Source: Eledone cirrhosa | Lineage: Eukaryota | NCBI GenBank assembly: GCA_964016885.1 | Contig: OZ024746.1 | Coordinates: 46,500,001-46,564,000 of the forward strand | DNA length: 64,000 nucleotides | Direction: 5' to 3' | In this document: one piece after another, positions 38,391 to 51,772 of the stretch | Layout: every line of letters begins with the position of its first letter | Position numbering within the stretch: position 1 is the stretch's first letter | Notes under the pieces: model-generated | The model's database searches: none | The model's input: only the letters and a program-made list of their open reading frames with translations | Told to the model about the DNA's origin: nothing | Position numbers and translations under genes: made by a program

Positions 38391-39384
38391 CCTATTGAGT
38401 AACATTACTCCAAAGACCCTTCAGAGGAAATTTTGTGTAATTAACACCTATATATATCTGTGTGTGTGTGTGTGTGTTTGGGCGGGGTACCTCTAATAAA
38501 ATGAAATATTTTAAATATAACACAAAATTCTTAATAAAACTTTCTTACCTCTATTTATCAAAGGAAAATTTATCAATGTTGACATACTCTGTTTTTCTAA
38601 TGAAACTTATCTGCTCACATGAGAATTCATTACGTTTCACTGGAGAAATAATCAACTTACCTGTAATAAAATAAAATGTAATCAACATTAATTTAAAAGA
38701 AGCTACAGCTGTTAAATTTGTTTGTTGTGAAATACACTTCAATAAATATTTTAGTAAGAAAATTACTGTCTGCAAATGAATAGTGTATTAATAATGAATC
38801 CTTGTTTAATCACAATCATTATTTGTTATTTTGTCTTTTAACTACAATGACATTCTTGGTATTAACTACTCAATAAATTTGTACTGATTATGTTGCTAGT
38901 GTTTAAAAAAATGTTAATAAACGACAATTGTGAAGGTGTTAAACTTGGTAACATAACAGCTAAAGGACTTCCGAAGAAAGAAATTGAAACGTATTATCTC
39001 AGTGTAAGCATTAAAGAGATATTGAATTTAGCTTTAATTCTATCATAAATATTAAAATGCTGAAATTAACAGTTTTCTGTAGCATAGGATGGGAATTTTT
39101 AATCTTCATCTGACATCACTTCCTTCCTAAAAAAAATGATGACAATTTGATAGTGATTTAAGAGAGCAGTTAATGAAATGATTGTAAGTGTTCAATTCGT
39201 ACAACTTATGCTAACTCCTTTTTGAATCTTTTAGATGAATGTGTCTGATTTCATTTTGTCCCCAACTTTGTGTCTTATCTCAGAAATCATTTTCTAAATA
39301 ATAACTATGTTAGTATTAAAGCATTTAATACCAAATATAAATAATTATGCATCAAAGAAAAACAATGTTAGCACAATCACTAGT

Positions 39385-39514
39385 CCCTTTATGATGTGAG
39401 TTCAAATCCCACCGAGGTTAACTTTGCCTTTCATCCCTATGGGGTCGATAAAATAAAGTACCAGTAATGCACTGGCATAATTGCTGGTCTTGTGCCAAAA
39501 GTAGAAACAATTAT
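39385..39514 (+). mobile_element. OK-type SINE, 5'-truncated
   Basis: B-box to tail present. Confidence 0.9.
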
Positions 39515-40133
39515 ATTAATGGTTTGACAAGTAAGGGAGATAACCCCGACAAGATTTTTTCTTACATCTCCTCAGCAAAACAGATTTCACTAAAATTATC
39601 AAATTAGTGAAGAAACTATCTGTAAAGAAATGTACAAGAATGTACTCTTGTGGATATAGAGAATTTGAAATATGCAGAAAATAATTGCTTTGTCAAGTGG
39701 ATGGTATGTAAGGGTAATTTATTCTTTGCATACTAACTCAATGTTTTGGTCAATTTTTCTTTCGAACTTCATTTCTATAATTGTTCCGTCATTATCACTA
39801 AATTTCTGCTTTCTATAATAGTGGACTAAATGTGTTTATTGCCTGAAATACATGATTAGCAAACACAATACACTGTCAGTGACATATTGATATGGCATTC
39901 ACTTAACTACTTGTTGAATTGTATTTATAATATCTAAATCAGGGGAAGAAGTTTGTTTTTTTTCGCAATAACAGATCACCTAAACTGCCAATCTACTTCA
40001 GACTAAAGAAGAATAAAGCTGAATAATAATCAACATCTTATATCTTATAATCAATTAATTGTCTAAGATATTTTCAGCATTTCACCTATTAACATTTTAC
40101 CACCACCACCACCGCCGCCACTGCTACTACTAT

Positions 40134-40168
<35 letters not shown>

Positions 40169-42017
40169 TCATTGTTGCCTTGTGCCAAAAGTAGAAACAA
40201 TTATTAGTATCATTGTTGTTGTAAGACAACCTTAGTGTAGATCCTGACAGAGATCGAACCCAGCCTAGAATATCAACCATCTCTAATAGTCATCTCTTGG
40301 CCATCAAGACTATTCATGTCAACATAGCATAAAAAATAAACAGCATTTGATTTAAATTTTCTTTATAAAGAATTAAAAATCAATCCTCAATAGTTTTCCT
40401 ACAGAGTGAAATAAATAATACAATGTAAGTTTGATAAAGTTTTTAATTTTTAACATAGACAATATATTCGAGCTCATGTCTTTTCAGTTATAAAGAAAGA
40501 ATAATTTCTATTATTATATTTACTATTTTGGGAAAGATTTAAAATCGTAAAAATAATTCCATGCCATAGACACTTGTGTGAAATTCTAATGAGGACAAAG
40601 CTTTTATGAGTGAAACAAGAAGTACATATATTGCAATGGAAAGAGAACCTAACACTACAGTAATTTACAATAATCCTATAAATGGGAAAAAAAAAACAGA
40701 TGAAAGAACAATGGAGAACAGCAATAACAAAAATATGTTGCTACCGATACTATTATTAATTTTTTTCTCTTCTGTTCATTATTTCTTTCTGATGGTAAAT
40801 CTATTTCATAATAGATTTACCACTTTATTTTCTTAACATTTACATATTAATTTATATATTTCATTTATGTGTTTGTTTACTCTTATTTCATCTTAATATT
40901 TGGCATATAAGTCCATTCACATCCATTTTCCATTCCTTTGATGAGATAATAGGCTAAAAATATTTCTTTTCTTTTAAAATTACTGCTGAAATATAATTAT
41001 TTTTCTTCCATGTTAATATTGCAGAATTTAAAAGAATTAATTCCATTATTGGGCAAGTTCTATCTACAAATTACACATCACTACAAATCCCCCACCTTGC
41101 CATCTTCATCATCAATAGCACTTACATAGTCAATTATTTTAATTTCTTCCAAACTGTATTAAGCAGAACCATGAAATTTAATGGTATAACTTCAAACATT
41201 TTGAATGAATTATATCCTGAATTCAAATACAAATATTTATAAATACTTGTATGTAATTTCAGCCATGATGGCAAAAGCAGACTAAATATTTAAAGAATTA
41301 TATATAAGAATATATGCTCATACAGACAAGAAATATTTGGTTACAGGAGATACGCATACATTCCTCAAGAGAGAAAACATGATTTATGTACTAAGAACTC
41401 TTCATTCAAAAGCAATGGGGAAAAGAATATTCATAGAGAACTGCTTCAAAATCTACAATTTCTTTACCTAGATTAAATATTTATACCCGTAAACATAGCT
41501 ATACATGTCTATGTTTCTGATTGTTTAAACAATACTCTCAAAAACGTGGACTTTATAGAATGTGACAAATACCATCTAATATGTATTCTAAAAATTTGAT
41601 CTGCAAAAGGGACAATAGACATTAGCAAGATTTTTGTTAAAATAAAATTGTAACTCTATAACTGATTTCTAACTGTAATATTTTGCATTTTTTGTTTAGT
41701 TAAAGGCCAGCTCCTTTACAAATAAATTTCAAATTATTTTTATTACAGAACAAATATACTATCTAAGAATAATACTATGCATTGTGGCTATGAGATCAAT
41801 TACTAATCTACTAACTATATACTTATTAATTCAATTTTTATTATTAACCTTCCTTGCTCTAGTTTGCCTAACTGACCTCCACCCCACATACATACTGAAA
41901 CACACACACAAATATATATATATGTTTGTGTGTGTGTGTATGTATGTACATATAACATTTATTGGAACCTGAAGCTTCATAGATAGTTTTGCTAAGTTTC
42001 TCTTTGTCTAACTTGAA

Positions 42018-42256
42018 TCCTTTAACATTAAAACTAGTTATATCCAGCCAAAATTCTCTCACTTCTTTCTGTTCAAACTGGCCACTTATACTGGTGTTAA
42101 GGTATTGTTCTCAAAATAAATAATTGTTTCTACTTTAGGCACAAGGCCAGCAAAATAAATAATATCAAGATATCATGTGAGATATTGTATAAGGTAAAGC
42201 CTTTGCCATGAAAATGCAATCAATAGTGTATATAGAGTAATGTAAATGCTGAAGGG
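42018..42256. mobile_element. piggyBac-type MITE containing a short OK-SINE tail insertion
   Basis: Homologous to 47561-47781 and ends aaggg|ttaa. A SINE tail at ~42121-42151 is flanked by caaaataaataat (42112-42124, 42151-42163). Confidence 0.75.
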
Positions 42257-42410
42257 TTAAATGGTTATTATATGAAGATCAGCATTAATAAACTTAGAGC
42301 AGTGAATGTCAAAGTTTCAGCTTCCGGTAAATTATATCATTTTAGCTCTAGTATTAAGTTGGCTTTTTCTTCCCTCTAAGAAGTTTATAGAACTGTATAG
42401 AGATCATTAT

Positions 42411-42765
42411 TACGTCCCTTTACTCTGAGTTCAAATCCCGCCGAGGTTGACTTTGCCTTTCATCCTTACGGGGTCGATAAAATAAAGTACCAGTAATGCA
42501 CTGGGTAATTGCTGATCTTGTGCCTAAAGTAGAAACAATTATTAGTTTGAATAATGATCTCTATACAGTTAAAGGGTGGTGAATTGGCAGTATCAGTAGA
42601 GGGTCTGACACCATGCTTTCCAGCATAGTTACGGCCCTTTACGATCTGAGTTCAAATCCCGTCGAAGTTAACTTTGCCTTTCATCCTTACAGGGTCGATA
42701 AAATAAAGTACCAGTAATACACTGGGATAATTGCTGGCCTTGTGCCAAAAGTAGAAACAATTATT
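42411..42765 (+). mobile_element. Two tandem OK-type SINEs (truncated 42411-42543; full 42574-42765)
   Basis: Both are followed by attattagtttgaataat. The copies differ at several positions. Confidence 0.93.
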
Positions 42766-42959
42766 AGTTTGAATAATATAAATTAGTCCACTCTGTGTAA
42801 AGTAGTGCATACACACATACAATCACATGCACATACACACACATACATGCACACACATACAGTCCCATGTATGCACACATATGCAATTACACACCCACCC
42901 ACACACCTACATCTGCATACATACAAACATGTTCACTTCTTTGGTCATAACAATGAGTG

Positions 42960-43222
42960 TTCCTGTGATATGATGAACTGAACAACCTGTTCATGAAATT
43001 AATTGCAATGGCTGAGCATTCTAGATACACACATACACTTTATGTAGTTCTCAGGGAGATTTAGCAGAACACAAAATGTGATATGGCTGGCCCTTCCAAT
43101 TACAGGTACAACTGAGTTTTGTTACCTGAGTGGACTGGAGAAACATGAAATAAAGTATCCTGCTCAAGGACACAACACATGATCTTACAATTTTGAAGCA
43201 AATATCCTAACCAGTAAGCCAT
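42960..43222 (-). mobile_element. Old CORE-type SINE with a third tail type
   Basis: ctgagtggactggag..atgaaataaagtatcctgctcaaggacacaac CORE segment. Tail related to 19740-19900. Confidence 0.65.
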
Positions 43223-43537
43223 GTATATATATACACACACATACTTGCCATGCAATGGAACCTTAACTCCTGATGGAGTGTTAGAGGCAGTGTCATGACA
43301 TTTGAACTTGGTAGAGCCCATCCCGCTCTAGGTCTGAACTCAACTGATTTCTTCCACAGAGATAGAGATGGAGAGAGAAAGAGAGAAGTGACTGTAGAAC
43401 TGTACTGTTAATCAAAAATATGAAAGACAAAGTTGGTCTCAGTGGGATTTGAACTCAAAGTGCAGAGAAACCAGAATGAATATCCTGAAGCATTCCATCC
43501 AATATTTTTATGAGGCTGCAACTCTCTGTTTCACATC

Positions 43538-44075
43538 CATACATATTACATACATGCATATTACAAACATACATGCATATTACATACATAGATGCATATT
43601 ACATACATGCATATTACATACATGCATATTACATACATGCATATTACAAACATACATGCATATTACATACATACATGCATATTACATACATGCATATTAC
43701 ATACATGCATATTACATACATGCATATTACATACATACATATTACATATATACATATTACATACATATTACATACATATTACATACATATTACATACATA
43801 TTACATACATACATATTACATACATATTACAAACATACATATTACATACATACATATTACATACATATTACATACATACATATTACATACATATTACATA
43901 CATATTACATACATACATATTACATACATACATATTACATACATACATATTACATACAAACATATTACATACAAACATTACATACATACATATTACATAC
44001 ATGCATATTACATACATGCATATTACATACATACATGCATACCTACCTACCTACCTACCTACATACATACATACA
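43538..44075. repeat. Minisatellite of CATATTACATA(CATG/CATA) units, 11-19 bp
   Basis: Over 30 tandem variant units, grading into (CCTA)n/(CATA)n. Confidence 0.97.
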
Positions 44076-47000
44076 CATCCATTTAGTGTGTGAGGGCATA
44101 TATACAACTAATAATGTTAATTTTGCCTGAAATTTTATCTAATTATGATCAACTTTAGGAATTCATAACTTACTACTCCATTCTGGTTTGAGAACTGATT
44201 TAACATTTATGTCACAACTCTTTAAATACAATTGTACTTATAATTTTTCTCACAGCTTTCATCTGCCTGGAAACCAAGAAGCTTTGTTAGTTGGGTAAAT
44301 ATGTGTGGTTATATTCCAACTGATTTAGATAGAAACTTAGACTTAGAAGTTCCTGCTTATTGAGACACACAAGACAGCCAAAATGCTCCAATGACTACAT
44401 TCTGCTGCATCTAGCAATATATTATTCCAACGTTTGTTGACAGGTTTCAGCTCACTGAAAATTGCCTGCCACCAATTCATTTTGTGACATCCTCTTCACC
44501 TCCCTCAATGGTAGCACCAAATACAGGACCTGATTAAGCTCCCTGTAAAATTTCTTGCAAGCAACTAAAATGTTCAACTGAAATATTTCACATTTTGCTT
44601 CAACTGCACAAAAGATGTTTTATAAAATTCCAACAACGTTTTTGTTTTGTCTCCTTCTCCATGCTTTTTGAAATCTTAAAGTAAAACTTAATTATGGGCA
44701 GTGTTACATTCATTAAAGTTTCTATTCGAGTGTTAGTCCATGTTTATCTATGGGTGTTTATTAATACAAAAAGGAATTTAAAATTATAAATAAGGAATTG
44801 CAGTGTAATAATTTAGCTTTATTGTGATCTTTGGCAGGTATTATGCTATCTAGAAGTTTTAATGCAAATATGGTAGCAAAATAACCCTTTGAACTTTTTT
44901 AATTGCCATTTTCTTTTTGACACCAATTTTTCTACAATTGGATAAAGATCTGATTGAAGCTAATATTGATACTTTGATGCCTGGAATTATAATTTTTGGT
45001 GAGATATATAATTTTAGATATTGAATAAAGCGAAGCATAAATTCTTCTAATACATAAAGAATGATGAATATTTGAAAATATAATTTTTATCTTCTTTAAG
45101 ATAGCTTCATATTATTGCAATAGTTTATATTGGGAAATTAACTTAGAAAATGTTATCTTTAATAAACAGTGCCATCTAAAGGAACCAAGCACATGCTAAA
45201 AATACTATTTATGCTTTATTTGGAAACATAACTATATGTGTGAAGTTTACAGCTATCAATTAAAATATTTTCTTTCTTGCCAAAACATGGAAACCTGAAA
45301 GACATTATATAACAGTTGTTATTAAATTGTTTTATGTTTTAAATTTTGCATGACAGTAACTGTGCTAGGCAAATAAATCCTTTCAGCTTTTGACTTTGAT
45401 ATTATAGACATTCAAGTTTATGTTTAGTTTATATCTTTACATCGTTGTTATCATCATCATCATTATTGTCATCCATTTCATTTCTATGCTAGTATGACTT
45501 AGTAAGTTTGAACCACCTCTTATTCAGAGTTACTACTCTTCTGTATGGGGTAAAGGAGTTTGTCTCATTCATCTGTTCAACGTTTGGCATGGTGTCTGTG
45601 GTCAGATACGCTTTTTAATACAAACCACATTATAGAGAGTACTGGATGCACTTTATGATGACAACAGCACTATTGAGGTTGTTATGTCCTTGCAGCTACC
45701 ATGATGCTATATTTATCAAATTAATTGCAAATTTAATATATAAGCAAGCTGCCAAACTATATAAAATCTCCATTTTCATTAAGATATAAAGATATTCTTT
45801 TGTTTTCAATAACCAAGCAAATTTATAGCTACTACAGTTGACTAACCATTAAATCATTCTCCAAAATTATCACTGATCTCACTACCAACCAGCTTTGACT
45901 TGACAATATATTAACTTCAGAAATTGTCTAGAATCAATAATTAGAGAACCATGTAAATGCATTCCGGCATTGGTTGGACTGTCACAAATAATACATCAAA
46001 ATAACTGTAATAGATCAATAACAAGTGTCTAAAAAAAGAAAACCATATGGGTTTTGTAAGGTTAGAATAATGATATATAGCCTATGTCTTTAAATAAGGC
46101 TGGATTGATTATAATCATAAGAAAACTGATGCAAGAAATAGACTAAAGTCCATATATACATGGTTTTCTTGAGAATCAGAACAATGTTGCAAGGTGCCAA
46201 CTTCTGGAAGCCATTTTGTTATTCATTGACGTTGTCAAAATTAAAATGTTTGAAATAAGTTTGTATACTGTAATAATATCAATATAAAAATATATTATAT
46301 TGTTATGTAATGTGTAGATGTATATTTCTATATTTCAAAATATCTCAAATTAATCAAATAACCAAACATTGTCTTAAATGCTAACAAAATTCTAGCTTTT
46401 GGAGTCATAAACTTGTTATGTATACTTACCTTCCATTTCTATAGTAGAACCTCTAATGTTTATTTATCTCTTGCCACATTGCTCATCAGACACGTTCTAC
46501 TTATTGTTAGTGCATGAGTAAGATTTAGTCAGACTTATGAGGACATAAAATTTTGAACGACATATCACTTGAACTTTTTGCCAGGTGAAGAAGAGGTCTT
46601 TATATAATTACTTGACCTGATAAATGAAGCAGTTAAATCTCTTAAATCATAACCAACATCTTAAAAAGAAAACATGCATCCAGGATAATGCAGTCATAGG
46701 TAAATTATTCCTTAATCAATGACAGCGTGGTTGTAACTTGAAAACTTTTGATGACAAATCTGCTAAATTAGAATTACTATGACATAAACATGTCACTGAA
46801 ATATCTCTTAATCTAACAAGCGAGAATGTTGTATTATCACAATATATGCTATATATATAACTACTAAATTATCCTCAATAAACAAAGAGATCTATATGTG
46901 TTTAAAATTCTAAACATAATGATTGAATAACCATCAGCTAAATTGGAATGATAGACTACATCAGAAGCTAAGCTCAAACTAATACACCAAATTTATTTGC

Positions 47001-47093
47001 ATGTTCTTATGCTAGAATATTATAGTTACTCATATCAGCTATGACAATAAAATAGAAAGAAATTTAAAGGTCTTAACACCATTCATTTTTATT

Positions 47094-47428
47094 CATTCAT
47101 TTCATTTTACGTCCGCTTTTTCCCTGCTTGCAAGGGTGAGACGGGAACTGATTCTGGCTTGTTTTCTACAGCTGGATGCCCTTCCTAACACCAACCTCAT
47201 TTACAGTGAGTGCTGGGTGTTTTTTTGCCGTGGCACCTCCACGACCACTTTACAGTGGAATAATAGGGACCCCAGTCCCTATCATCTCATTTCTACAGCT
47301 GAGTAAACTGGAGCAATGTGAAATAAAGTGTCTTGCTCAAGGAAACAACGCATCACCCGGTCTGAGATTTGAACTCACAACCTTTCGATTGCAAGGCCAA
47401 TGCTCTAACCACTAAGCCATGGGCCTCC
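47094..47428 (-). mobile_element. tRNA-CORE SINE with RTE-derived tail
   Basis: Inverted homologue of 52635-52973. Confidence 0.93.
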
Positions 47429-47560
47429 ACTCCATTCTGAGAAATAAATCTCTCTCTGAATAAGTCACCATTTTATCTCAGATAACCTATGTATAGCAAC
47501 TAAGGTAACTGAAGTACATTTAATTAAGTTTACTGTTAAAATGCACAACAAAATGTTTAA

Positions 47561-47781
47561 CCCTTTCGCATTTAAACTGGCCATAGCTGGCCAGAATTCT
47601 CTCACCTTTTTCTGTTCAAACTGGCCATAACCAGCTACTTATACTTATATTAAGGTATTGTTCTCAAAATAAATAATATCAAAATCTCATAGATTTGATA
47701 TTATGTAAGATAATTATGTGAAATAAGATCTTTACCATGAAAATATAAGAGTAAATATAGAGTAATGTAAATGCTAAAGGG
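47561..47781. mobile_element. piggyBac-type MITE (221 bp)
   Basis: TTAA|CCCTTTCGCATTTA...TAAATGCTAAAGGG|TTAA. Opposite orientation to 20674-20894. Confidence 0.88.
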
Positions 47782-48189
47782 TTAAAATAAATTTGCGCTA
47801 GAAACCTTTGCAGAAGTAGTTCAATACTAAATCTACTCATCCGCCTTGCTTCTAAAGTGAAGGTATACTCCACAAATAATTCAGTGAGAGCTACAGCACA
47901 GATCACCTCGTTAAGTAATGCAATGCAAACAAAATATGATTGAATTTCTCAAAGATGGGAAATAAAAATAGTGGGAATATTTGAGCATAATGGACTCAAG
48001 ATCTTAACAAAAATCTGCTAGAAAATGTTATTTATTTACAAAACATTCATTATTTGCAAGAGGAAATGTTTTCTTTATTATTTAGTTTTAAAAGCAAGAT
48101 TGTGCTCACTTGTTTCTTTTGTTTTTATTACCAGTATATGTTAATGACCACAGTGAAATTCTTAATAGCTGTTTTTGGTGAACCCAATG

Positions 48190-48385
48190 CAAGCCTTGTC
48201 AGCAGTTCTTTGATCAAAATCAATCCAGCTGTAACTATGCCAACTATCCTTTCCAGATATAGTGTATCTAAGAATATATTATCTAATTAATATATATATT
48301 TCTTAATAATTTTGTAGGGTATGATTTGAAGTAGATCTGACTGTTATTTTTAGTAGGTTGAGCAAAAATGTAGAACCTCTCTTAA
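48190..48385 (+). repeat. Old unclassified dispersed repeat family
   Basis: Motif resembling gatttgagggagatttggctgctatttctagcagg recurs degenerately near 8150 (-), 46615 (-), 54040, 54455, 57895 and 62765. Confidence 0.55.
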
Positions 48386-48964
48386 ATAGAATATATTGAT
48401 GGTAAAGTTTCCATGAATAAATATAAACATTAAAGGTAGAAAATATGCATACTGAATGGATTTTAAGTGAAGTTAACATCATATTTTTAACAAAGAACTA
48501 TAGAAAGAGACATTACTAACTTAGGTTACACTAATATCAAGTATTACCCACTAATCTATACTACCTGGCGATACTTAAAACAAAAAATAACCATTAACTT
48601 TCTGGATCATTAATGTCATGTTGGGGTTTTAACCTAGCTGCTTTCTCTCAATTCACTTTAGTATTTTGGGAAGGTGAAATGGTGGAGAGAAAAGTCAAAC
48701 AAAGAGAAAATGTATTTTTTAATTCAAGGTAAAGAAGTCTGATAAATCACAAGATTCGCATATTCCTTATTTTTTTATTTTGTTTTGTTTTATGCTATTC
48801 TCTTTCACTTTCATTTTATTATATATATGAACTTAGTGAAAGTAGGAGCTAAACTACTGTGTATCTTTACTGAGAAAATATTGTCTGACATATTCTAAAA
48901 ACATTTCTATAACAGTTGTCTTACTTCAATAAATACCACAAGTGAGATCACTACAAATATAAGG

Positions 48965-49013
48965 CATTGTCATGACAATGACATCAACTCAGAGAAGTTG
49001 ATGTCATTGTCAT
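48965..49013. repeat. Nested inverted repeats
   Basis: 18-bp perfect arms at 48972-48989 and 48996-49013, overlapping the 16-bp palindrome cattgtcatgacaatg. Confidence 0.93.
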
Positions 49014-51168
49014 ATTTTAAAAAAATTTTATTTTATTTATAATACTTTCTTTTTTTCATATTTTATGAAGATTGTTATTGCACATTTTAACACACTATGC
49101 ACAGCTTCAGATATTGGAAACAACACAATAGATGGATTTGTAGATGACGTAAAAATATTTCTATGGCACTTACATGATATGCAACACAAATAAGAGTACA
49201 TGTATGAGTAGATGTACGAATAGATATGATAGTACATATAAACTTATATCACCTGGATGTTTAATATTCAACATTACACTAAAATACATTTGTTTCCCAG
49301 GTGATTAGATATTGTTGAATGAAACATTAATGAAAACACAGATATGTAGCAGGTATGTAAGTCTAACAAGCTTGTTTGTATAATAAATTGATGAAGATGT
49401 TTATAGTGGATGGTGACAAGAAAATGAATGATGATCATGGGAAGAATTATTTTAACAATAAAGGATGATAATCATGACAATTGGAGCTGATAAGGACAAT
49501 GAAGACAATGGTGATGGTAACGATGATGCTGATGAAGATGGCAATATTACTGGTACTTAATTTCTGTTACTTATGGGGATGAAAAATAATGTTATGGCCA
49601 GCATTATTTGAATTAAAAACTTCAGAAGCAATAGACCATAATATCAAAATACATTTGGGATTATTTTACCATGCTATATTTCTTGTACTTAAATATCTTA
49701 CTGCATCAATAATTGTAAAAATTAAATAATATACACATCAACATTAGCATTTTCAAAATGTTATACGAATCTTAACAAAAGAAACGTTGTTTCCCATGTG
49801 ATTGGTTATTGTTGAATGGAACATTAATGAAAACGCAGATATTGGCTTACTTTATATAGCATGTATGTAAGACTAACCAAATTAGTTATATTGTAATCAT
49901 TGATTGTAATTCCTCTATGGTATGCAAGAGAGGCATTTCAGACATTTCATAGCTATTCATGGAATATGCAATTGTGGAAAAAAGTTCTTAAGAATATGCA
50001 AAAGCATTATACAAATTTAGATATATGCATCACATAATAAAATGTAATATTTATATAAAGAAAAAGAAGGAGAGAGAGTCTGCAGTGCTGAGATGGGGGA
50101 TACCACTAAACCTGGGGGTACTCAATACGTGGAGATGCAGAGTGGGTATAGAGAGAGGTAAAATCCTGTCCGCTTGGTGCAGTCAGGATTTTACCTCTCG
50201 ATTTGTCTCTCTCTCTTTCTCCCTCTCTCTCTCTCTTTATATATTATATATATATATGCAGTTATTCAGCGTATTCATAATATAACATTGTGTCATATAT
50301 ATATTTATAAATACTTTATACTGCATAAATGTTTGACATACCAGCGTTATATGGTGAATCATACAGTGTTGAATTTGTTCTGGTGTAGTCAGGATTCTAG
50401 TGCATATGTTTATCTTGAGAGTATGCCTGCTATTGTATTAGTGTCTGTATGTTAGTTATCTGTGCAAGGTATGGAGCAATTTAATTGTTGCGCTTATAGT
50501 AGGTTAACATCAGCAGATGAAATGACAGCACTGAACATGTTGAAACTCCACTTGAGAAACCATAGATTAAAAAAGGTCTATTTGATTATATATAGATCTA
50601 CCAAGAGAAGTACTGAAGTACTTGAACTGACATAATTTCTATTAACATGTAAGGCTTTTTGAAAAATTGTTTTTTCTTTTGATAAGTTGAAAAAAATACA
50701 TTAAAAAAAAAAAAAAATCAATAAATAAAAAAATAAAAAATAAATAAATCACCTGTGCTAAATGGTTCCTGGTATGTGTGTTGATTGTATTTTTGTTTTT
50801 GTTTTTGTTCTGTACGGGTTGCAATTTTCTCTAATAATAGATTAATATGTTCTGTGATAACTTAAAGAACAGTGTAATGATAGCTGGAACAGTAAAAATC
50901 TAGCCATAATGGTAAAAATTTGAGGATCCATAATTCAAATATTTTAGACTGAGAACAAATAAGTTTAAGTGAATATCCTGTACCACATAAGTACTCATTA
51001 GCAAAACATTCTTGAAAAATACAAAAAACACTACAAAATGCTACTAGTTTATCACAAATGTATTTTATTTCCTGATAATTATCTTTTAATTCTTAAGAAA
51101 AGAATAAAAGAATCATGAATGAATAATAATAATATTATAATAATATCATAACATTATTAATATTCAGA

Positions 51169-51360
51169 GTGGTGGATTGGCAGTATCGGTAGAGGGTTGG
51201 ACGCCATGCTTTGACGCATTGAGTTATGGCTCTTGCAATTCTGAGTTCAAATCCCACCAAGGTTAACTATGCCTTTCATCCTTACGGGGTTGATAAAATA
51301 AAGTACCAGTAATACACTGGGGTAATAGCTGGCCTTGTGCCAAAAGTAGAAACAATTATT
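51169..51360 (+). mobile_element. OK-type SINE
   Basis: Full head to tail. Flanked by attattaatatt repeats. Confidence 0.92.
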
Positions 51361-51588
51361 AATATTGAGTTTGTTTACAAGTAAACAGCCTCGTAAAACA
51401 CCATCTTTTAGATGACAACGTCTTCCTTTTGTTCCAACAGTAGATGAGAGAAAACAAACAACAATTGACAATTGTTTCGGAGTGTCTTGCTCCTTCACAT
51501 CCAAATCTTTATCACTATCCAGTTTTAGTAATTGTGGATTTGGTTTCAGCTTTCACTGCTATCAGATGACATCAATATTGCAAATGAT

Positions 51589-51772
51589 AACTGTTTCTAC
51601 TTTAGGCACAAGGCCAGCAATTACCCAGTGCATTACTGGTACTTTATTTTATCGACCCCGTAAGGATGAAAGGCAAAGTCAACCTCAGCGGGATTTGAAC
51701 TCAGATCGTAAAGGGACGTAACTATGCTGGAAAGCATGGCATCCGACTCTCTACCGATACTGCCAATCCACC
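51589..51772 (-). mobile_element. OK-type SINE with TSD
   Basis: TSD caaatgataac at 51581-51591 and 51772-51782. Confidence 0.94.

Noticed and set aside
43449-44130. Three long overlapping ORFs (164-214 aa)
   Set aside because: They are translations of a stop-free minisatellite
44400-44680. Slightly GC-richer patch with GATIEGGEEDVTK on minus
   Set aside because: Stops in all frames. Possibly an ancient LINE scrap, but unsupported
46430-46616. Possible minus-strand exon ending ATGGAAG|GTAAGT
   Set aside because: Stops in all frames before the final ATG, the acceptor lies in an old dispersed repeat, and there is no supporting homology
50505-50555. cagatga...gaaac hammerhead-like motif (also ctgatgg...gaaac at ~11708-11734)
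   Set aside because: Core mutated and stems do not pair
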